Positions 57,576-64,000 of a stretch of DNA of 64,000 nt are shown piece after piece. Origin of the DNA: Octopus vulgaris (taxonomy: Eukaryota); NCBI GenBank assembly GCA_951406725.2, contig OX597838.1, positions 41,726,001-41,790,000 on the forward strand. The letters run 5' to 3'. A model generated the notes under the pieces. That model was not told the DNA's origin and made no database searches. It was given only the letters and a program-made list of their open reading frames with translations. The translations under genes were made by a program, and so were the position numbers. Each line of letters opens with the position of its first letter. The stretch's first letter is position 1.

Positions 57576-58212
57576 CGGTTTTTTTTTTAGATTTACCTTT
57601 TGCCAAACTGGAGTGTGTCTAGCCATCCAACCCTCTTCTCCACTCATTAATCCTGGGAAGGTAGAGCCCTTGGGCACTTCCTCCCTACGGTCATTAAACT
57701 CTCTGGTTGGATTTCCAAGCATGACCAACACTGTAGATAATATCTGACCATCTCACTCTTGGTTGACATTTAATTCTCCTAATCAGTTGGCACAGCTTGA
57801 AGAATCTGTCTTGCAATCTTTTCTTGCAGCATTCCAGCCACATGTCCATAGCACTGGAGCTGTGACCTCTCAAGGCACCCTGTCAACTAATGATACTCCG
57901 GGATCCTTCAGAAGAAACCCATTTCAGCCGATTGTATTTGCAATCACACTCTTTCTTAATGGACATTTTTTTCACAGAATAATGGAACAGAATAACAAAC
58001 GTTTACACAGTGTCAAGACAAAGAGACACAAACATACAAGTAATGGGCTTCTTTCAGTTTATACCAACCAAGTTCACTCACATGGAATTGGTTAGCCTGG
58101 TGCTGTAGTAGTAGACTTTTGCTCAGAGTGGGACTGAACCTGAAACTACAAGGTTGCAAAGTGAATATCTTAACCACATAGCCATGCCTGTGCCTATATG
58201 TATATCATCATC

Positions 58213-58587
58213 ATCATTCATTGTTTAATGTCCCTTTTCCCATTCTGGCATGGGTTGGATTATTTGACAGTAATTGATGAGCCAAAGGGTTCTTCTTTGG
58301 CATGGCTTCTGCAGCTGGAAGCCCTTCCTAATGCCAACCATTTTGCAGTGTGTACTGGGTGCTTTTTTTCTTGGCAGCAGTACAGGTGAGGTTGTGAAGC
58401 ACCTGCAAGACAAGACCCCACCTCAACTGAGTGGAGTCTAGTATTGAAGGAGGGGAGAGTGTAATAGAGGGACAAGAGCAGGAGTCATGCTGAAAGGGTC
58501 AATACATAGCTTTCCCTTCGAAAGAGAGAAAGATGGTGAGGACACACCCTCAAGGTACAAGGTGAATATAAAAGAGAGAATAGAGAT
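58213..58587 (+). repeat. 375-bp direct repeat, copy 2
   Basis: Near-identical to 5924-6298. Confidence 0.95.
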
Positions 58588-60036
58588 GCAGGTACAGAAA
58601 AGGCAGGCAGTAGGTAGGTGGGGTGACGTGAAAAGAGTGCGACAAATAGAGATGAGGATTGGGGGTAGACCCAGTGAATACCTGGTTCTTTGGGGAGGAG
58701 AGAAATGAAGGAAAAAACAGTAGGCAAGGGAGGAGGAGGAGGAGGAAGTGATAGGGACAGTAACAGGGAGACAATGTCAAGTGGAGTGACATAAATGGTT
58801 TCATTTACAGCATCTGAGTCACTTTCATCATCATCATCATCATCATCGTTTAGCGTCCGCTTTCCATGCTAGCATGGGTTGGACGGTTCAACTGGGGTCT
58901 GTGAAGCCAGAAGGCTGCATCAGGCCCAGTCTGATCTGGCAGTGTTTCTACAGCTGGATGCCCTTCCTAACGCCAACCACTCCGTGAGTGTAGTGGGTGC
59001 TTTTTACGTGCCACCCGCACAGGTGTCAGACGGAGCTGGCAAACGGTTTTCTAAATACAAACACACACATAATTTGTAATAATGAAATCAAACCAAATAA
59101 TAATATTTTGAAAGTATTTAATATGTTTATATAAATTACGTCTAATTAAATTACATATAAATTACAAAATTTTAATTTTTTTAGTTTGTCTTTGGTCAGG
59201 AAGTGTTATTTCCTATTTGCTTTTAACTCAAAATCAAAAGAAATGACTGCTATTCCCTTCAAACTTCACTTTTCTGACCTGGACATCAATGTTTTGAAAC
59301 TGACCTATTTCCCATTACATTTCAGACAGATTCAGCATCTAAGTTGCTGAAGCAGAAATATCATTATAGCAAATCTTCTGCACAATACCACAGATTTGCT
59401 TGACCTTAATCATTTGAGAATGTCCCTTGGTGGCTGACAATATGTGCATATCAGACCATGAGCAGGAGTAGTGGAGGAGCATCATAGCCATGTGTTGAGA
59501 GGGATTCTTTGAGAGGGGTTTGAATAAATATAACAAATACAAATTTCACTGGAAATATTAGCCATTTTACATACTTTCTAGGGATCAGCATACAGGAAAC
59601 AGTTGGTACCCAAGGAATAAAAAAAGGGTTACACAGTGTCGTGAATTATTTGGGGCTACAACAATAAGTCAATACAGGGTAAGAATTAATGACAAATGTC
59701 AATTTTTAACACATGATACAAAACAATAGGGGTCATTTCAGTTTGTAGCAGGTCTTCCACAACAAATCCTTGTTTCAAGAACTGTGAATCTCATCAGTTG
59801 CTAAAAAAAAGAACAATAAGATAAAATCCTTCTTTGACTAGGAGCCTTTAATAATGTGGCAATGTAAGATTAGGTAGATAGCTGGCTATAACAGATGAAG
59901 GGGCCAAAAAGCTTCCTGCAGTTGTGTATGTTGATGGGGTGGGGTAGAGAGATCTCTCCAGAATAAGACAGAATGATTAATAATGGCTTAAACAATTTGA
60001 TTGAACAAGTTTAACTCGGGACTGAACGATACGTCG

Positions 60037-60263
60037 TCGAGCTGGCAGAACCGTTAGCACGCCGGGCGAAATGCGTAGCTGTATTTTGTCTGCCGTTACG
60101 TTCTGAGTTCAAATTCCGCCAAGGTCGACTTTGCCTTTCATCCTTTCGGGGTCGATAAATTAAGTACCAGTTACGCACTGAGGTCAATGTAATCGACTTA
60201 ATCCGTTTGTCTGTCCTTGTTTGTCCCCTCTGTGTTTAGCCCCTTGTGGGTAGTAAAGAAATA
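60037..60263 (+). mobile_element. tRNA-derived SINE family A, near-intact copy (others ~1076-1280+, 1555-1790+, 4978-5205-, 9380-9550+, 9760-9875+, 19515-19735+, 46622-46849-, 61880-62050+, 63625-63815+)
   Basis: A-box-like TGGCAGAACCGTT and B-box GAGTTCAAATTCC; recurring core GGTCGACTTTGCCTTTCATCCTTTCGGGGTCGATAAA. Confidence 0.9.
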
Positions 60264-60352
60264 TGTATTCGAAAAAGCATTTCATATACACATATAATGC
60301 TAAACAGCACAAGTGATTTGTTAAACATGTTTTTTTCTATGTTAGGCTAAAT

Positions 60353-60555
60353 CACTAGCGTAGCTAGAAGGGGGCAGTCCGCACCACTTTTGGGTCTGCT
60401 GTAGACTATAAGCCTCTATTGGCTGTAGTGAAATCAAATAATAGTGGTTTTAAACAATTGATATAGTCACTGTGCAATATGTAATTTTTGTGGGGACCCA
60501 GGGGTGGAAAACAGAAGGGCTGCCCTGAGTGGCACAAACTCTAGCTACACCACTG
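60353..60555. mobile_element. hAT-like MITE
   Basis: TIRs CACTAGCGTAGCTAGA / TCTAGCTACACCACTG; flanking 8-mers GGCTAAAT / AACTAAAT (6/8). Confidence 0.6.
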
Positions 60556-60693
60556 AACTAAATTTGTCAGAGCAAGTGGTTAATATTGGATACTTGCTAC
60601 TGATGACTTGCAAATGGGCAGAAATCTAGATCTAACAATTCCACCACGGCTCTTGAATGCTTTATCATTTGCTACTGTGTGCTTTTCAATAGG

Positions 60694-61290
60694 CAGGGCT
60701 GCCTTAGCAATATTATAGGCACTAGGCCCCACAGTATATATTCATAGACATCTAGCCACAACATACATAGATGAGAATTGGGCCCCTAAACCCATGAGGC
60801 CCAGCGTGTCCATACCTTAAGATGGCACTGACTATACGGCTGTATGAGAAGCTTTCTCATGACGAATGCTGCAGTATTGGGAAAGACTTCCCCCCATTTT
60901 CTCCCAAAGTTATGGCCAGATATGGAGACTCCGGAAAATTGCCAAAAATCGGCATTTTGAAATTTGTCCCCTCCCCCCAATTTCTTAATTTTTCTCTTTT
61001 TACGATAACCCTAATCGTAACTACAAAGGTTTTTGTAAATTTATTTCAGAATCATAATCTCCGTATTTTTCCGATTTGAAAAAAAAAAAAAATTCTGAAA
61101 AAAATTAAAAATGAAGAATTTAGTGGGAGGGGTAATTTCAAAATGCCGGTTTTTGCCAATTTTTTTTACAGATTCGTATTCTCCGTAGCCGAAAACAGGG
61201 GTTTGTCTCGAAAAAAAAAAAAAAAAAATTTTAAAGGGGTGTTTGGGTGGGGGCTACAAAAGGAAGTCTTGCCCAGTTTTGTGACTTTCT
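60694..61290. mobile_element. Adjacent MITE-like / non-autonomous DNA elements
   Basis: CAGGGCTGCCTTA / TAAGATGGCACTG ends (60694-60830); internal inverted repeat AAATTGCCAAAAATCGGCATTTTGAAATT (~60936-60964) vs ~61134-61162. Confidence 0.45.
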
Positions 61291-61424
61291 TACAGTATTC
61301 TGAAGCAATTCTGCTTCGGTTGCTAATAATATCTATCTAATGTCTTAGCAAGAATTTAAAAAGAAAAAATGTCGGAAAACAATTATATTATAGCCTAAAG
61401 CATAAAGAAGAGAGCATGATCATG

Positions 61425-61875
61425 TTCCCGACATGGCGACATATCCGATGAGAAAATAAAATAGTGGAAGTTGCTTATTGTAATCGCTTTGGCTGAGCCT
61501 CTTAGAGGATAATAACCAACTGATGACATTGAGCAAAAGATGTAACAATATTTTGTGACTTCCTCATTTTGACACTCAATCCAGAAAAATCATCTGCCAT
61601 TATGATAAACGGTTTTCGTTGTACTTAAATTTCAATGGTACAGTCCATATAACTCGAAATATGCCTTGTATAAAATTTCCCCATTGCGAGCAATAAAATC
61701 ACTGTAGAATAGAGAAGTATTTTGATGAGTTTCAGTGAAAGACCAGAAAACGATTGAACAACGAGCGAAGTAAGTTGCGATGGAACCCGTTTCTCCTCCA
61801 TGGAACACGTTTCTCTTCCAACCGCTTCAAACTGCTGAAAACCAATTCGGAGAAGCTCGCTGCTGATTGGTGGCA
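61425..61875. promoter_or_regulatory. Candidate promoter / first-exon region
   Basis: CpG-retaining unique sequence; ACATGGCG (61431), GTAAGT donor-like site (61770), opposed CCAAT (61841) and ATTGG (61866). Confidence 0.3.
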
Positions 61876-63854
61876 ATTTTTGGCAGAATCGTTTGCGCGT
61901 TGGTATCTGTTTCGGCTTTTACGTTCTCAGTTCAAATCCAGTTGAGGTCAATTTTGCTTTTCATCCTTCCGAGGTTGATAAAATAAAATATTAGTCGAGA
62001 ACTGGGATCGATGTGATCGACTGTTCCCTGCCTCCAAATTTGAGGCCTCATCTCTATGCAAAGACATCAACTTTCAAATATTTAAGTCATGAATTGTTTA
62101 TAAATAACATACATAGACACACACATACATAAACACCATACACACAATTAGACGTACATAGATATATACACGGAGTCTCTTTGCAGCCAGGAACAAACGA
62201 TAAGACAATTTTTTGGAGATACATACGCCATAAAAAGATTTCAATGCGGTAATAGTTCTTCATTGAACAATGAAAGTTTCCGTTATTTTTACCTTTCTCT
62301 TTACAAGTAAGTATTTAAAAGTCTCCGTTGAACAACTTCCATTGCTTGTTTGAAAATGTCGTTAGAAAAGAACAACATTGACGGTCATCTAACGTAACAA
62401 ACATTTGTTTCCTTAAGAGTGTCACGTTTTATATGTCTCCACTTTTATTTTCCTGTTTTGATTATTTTTCAGTGAAACATTTTCCTAATAAATCGTCGGT
62501 TTGGCCCCACGGTGTTATTTTTCTACTTCTAATAGTACTTATTGACCAATTCTGTGGCCATCTTTATATTAGGTTCGTGTCTCTCTTTTTGAGGCCATAT
62601 AAAACATTGAATATCGTCAAAACAAATCTTTTCGAAAAAACGTAATTCATTGAAACTTAGTTTTTCTCCTAATTCCTTTCCTTTTATTAACATTTCTTTC
62701 CTTAATTGAAATAATGGATTGATTATCTTTCAACTTTAATCTACAAGAACCTCAAGAACGTACGACACATTTTGTTATGTTCGAATTGAAAGGAAATATC
62801 TAATAAACTTTTCATATTAATAATTAAATAGCAATCAATGAGAAATGCCTGAATTAATAAAAATATGTGTACACTTCTGGACCCGAATAATCAAAAATCT
62901 GATTTTCATACTGAATTAACATTCATTGGAATTTCAGAAGTATTAACATCTTCCAATTAATAATTTTGACTTCGAGCGTGACGTGTTCCCCTTTTTCTTT
63001 TTTTTTAGGTTTAGTAAACAATATTAAAAGATTGTAATAATTATTTGTGTTATAATGTCAGTCGTGTTAGAAATGGGATTAAACATCAATATATTAGAAT
63101 GTCGTTCGTAGAAATAAAGGATAAAAAATATTTATTTTACACTGTCGAAAAAGTAGCATTTTTTTTTTTGTCTAAATATTAGTTGTTTATTTTACTTGAC
63201 TCTTCACTTGCTTAGAAAAATCAAGGAGTTGTCTTGTCGGAAGACTTCAAGATGGTTTCAGTTCTCAATTGCAGCTCTTTGTTAAAAACGTGAATCTCAA
63301 AACATCTCAATTTTCTCCCCCTATACTATAAAAATCGTTAAATTATCTCGTTTGTAATTCCATTCATACCCAAGATGTCTTACTGACATATAAAGCAATT
63401 AAGTCCTTCAATAGTAATTTGTTTTTATTGATCCGAGGTGGAAGAACGACATAATTGATGCTGGTAGAATTTTGACTCAGAACTTGAAGGACCGTAAATA
63501 CATTTGCGGTCCTTCAAGTCGTGCAATGCAATTTGTCTAATGCTCTAATGACTGCGGCGCAATGGTTATATTTTACAAGATTATTGTATTTAATTATTGT
63601 ATCATTATATCTGCATTTCTAAGTCGGCGAGCTGGCAGAATCGTTTGTGGTATTTCGTCTGCTGCTACGTTCTGAGTTCAAATTCCGCCGAGGTCGACTT
63701 TGCCTTTCATCCCTTTCGAGGTCGATTAAATAAGTACCAGTTATGCATTGGGGTCGATGTAATCGACTTACCCCCCTCCTAATTTCAGGCCTTGTGCCTA
63801 TAATAGAAAGAATTATATCTCCATCTCTAATTCCTACACCAAACAGGTATGTAC

Positions 63855-63895
63855 GTGGATGGCCATTTTGATAGATAATGGCGGCGCCTCTCTCA
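63855..63895. promoter_or_regulatory. Probable TSS-proximal region with two YY1-type motifs
   Basis: GCCATTTTG (63862-63870) and AATGGCGGCG (63877-63886); 61400-64000 retains more CpG and fewer microsatellites than the rest of the window. Confidence 0.4.
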
Positions 63896-64000
63896 TCTCT
63901 AATAATGTTTAGCCGTTGACTTGTCTGCTAGAAACTCTTCTGTCATTTGACAAGTTTTATCTTTAACCAGTCAGCCAGTAAACTGTGGAGTTGAAACACT

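Noticed and set aside
60037-60263. tRNA genes
   Set aside because: A/B boxes belong to SINE heads; no full cloverleaf or oligo-T terminator.
63878-63919. ATG GCG GCG as start of a housekeeping CDS
   Set aside because: Frame stops after 13 codons without a good donor; kept only as a YY1-type motif.

Overview
AT-rich, microsatellite- and transposon-saturated eukaryotic DNA. The tRNA-derived SINE families, (GAT)n-tailed RTE LINEs and massive (TA)n/(CA)n tracts suggest an octopus/coleoid cephalopod genome (inferred from repeat sequences, not a database match). Almost all ORFs in the supplied track are repeat artefacts. One convincing gene is present on the minus strand: three phase-1-joined coding exons (48913-48598, 33123-32596, 25831-25494) encoding a 393-aa signal-peptide protein with 20 N-glycosylation sequons, an Asn-rich middle and a compact C-terminal domain I do not recognise. 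Its first coding intron holds a ~99%-identical 1.1-kb inverted duplication around a 5.3-kb loop. Also present: several families of short Penelope-type terminal elements with minimal hammerhead-ribozyme cores sitting in microsatellites, many local fold-back palindromes, RTE LINEs with a PHD-like finger, three mariner relics, MITEs, a Helentron-like element, a 375-bp near-identical direct repeat 52 kb apart, a few orphan candidate exons and a probable promoter region at the right edge. Coordinates were read by eye; degenerate repeat boundaries are approximate.
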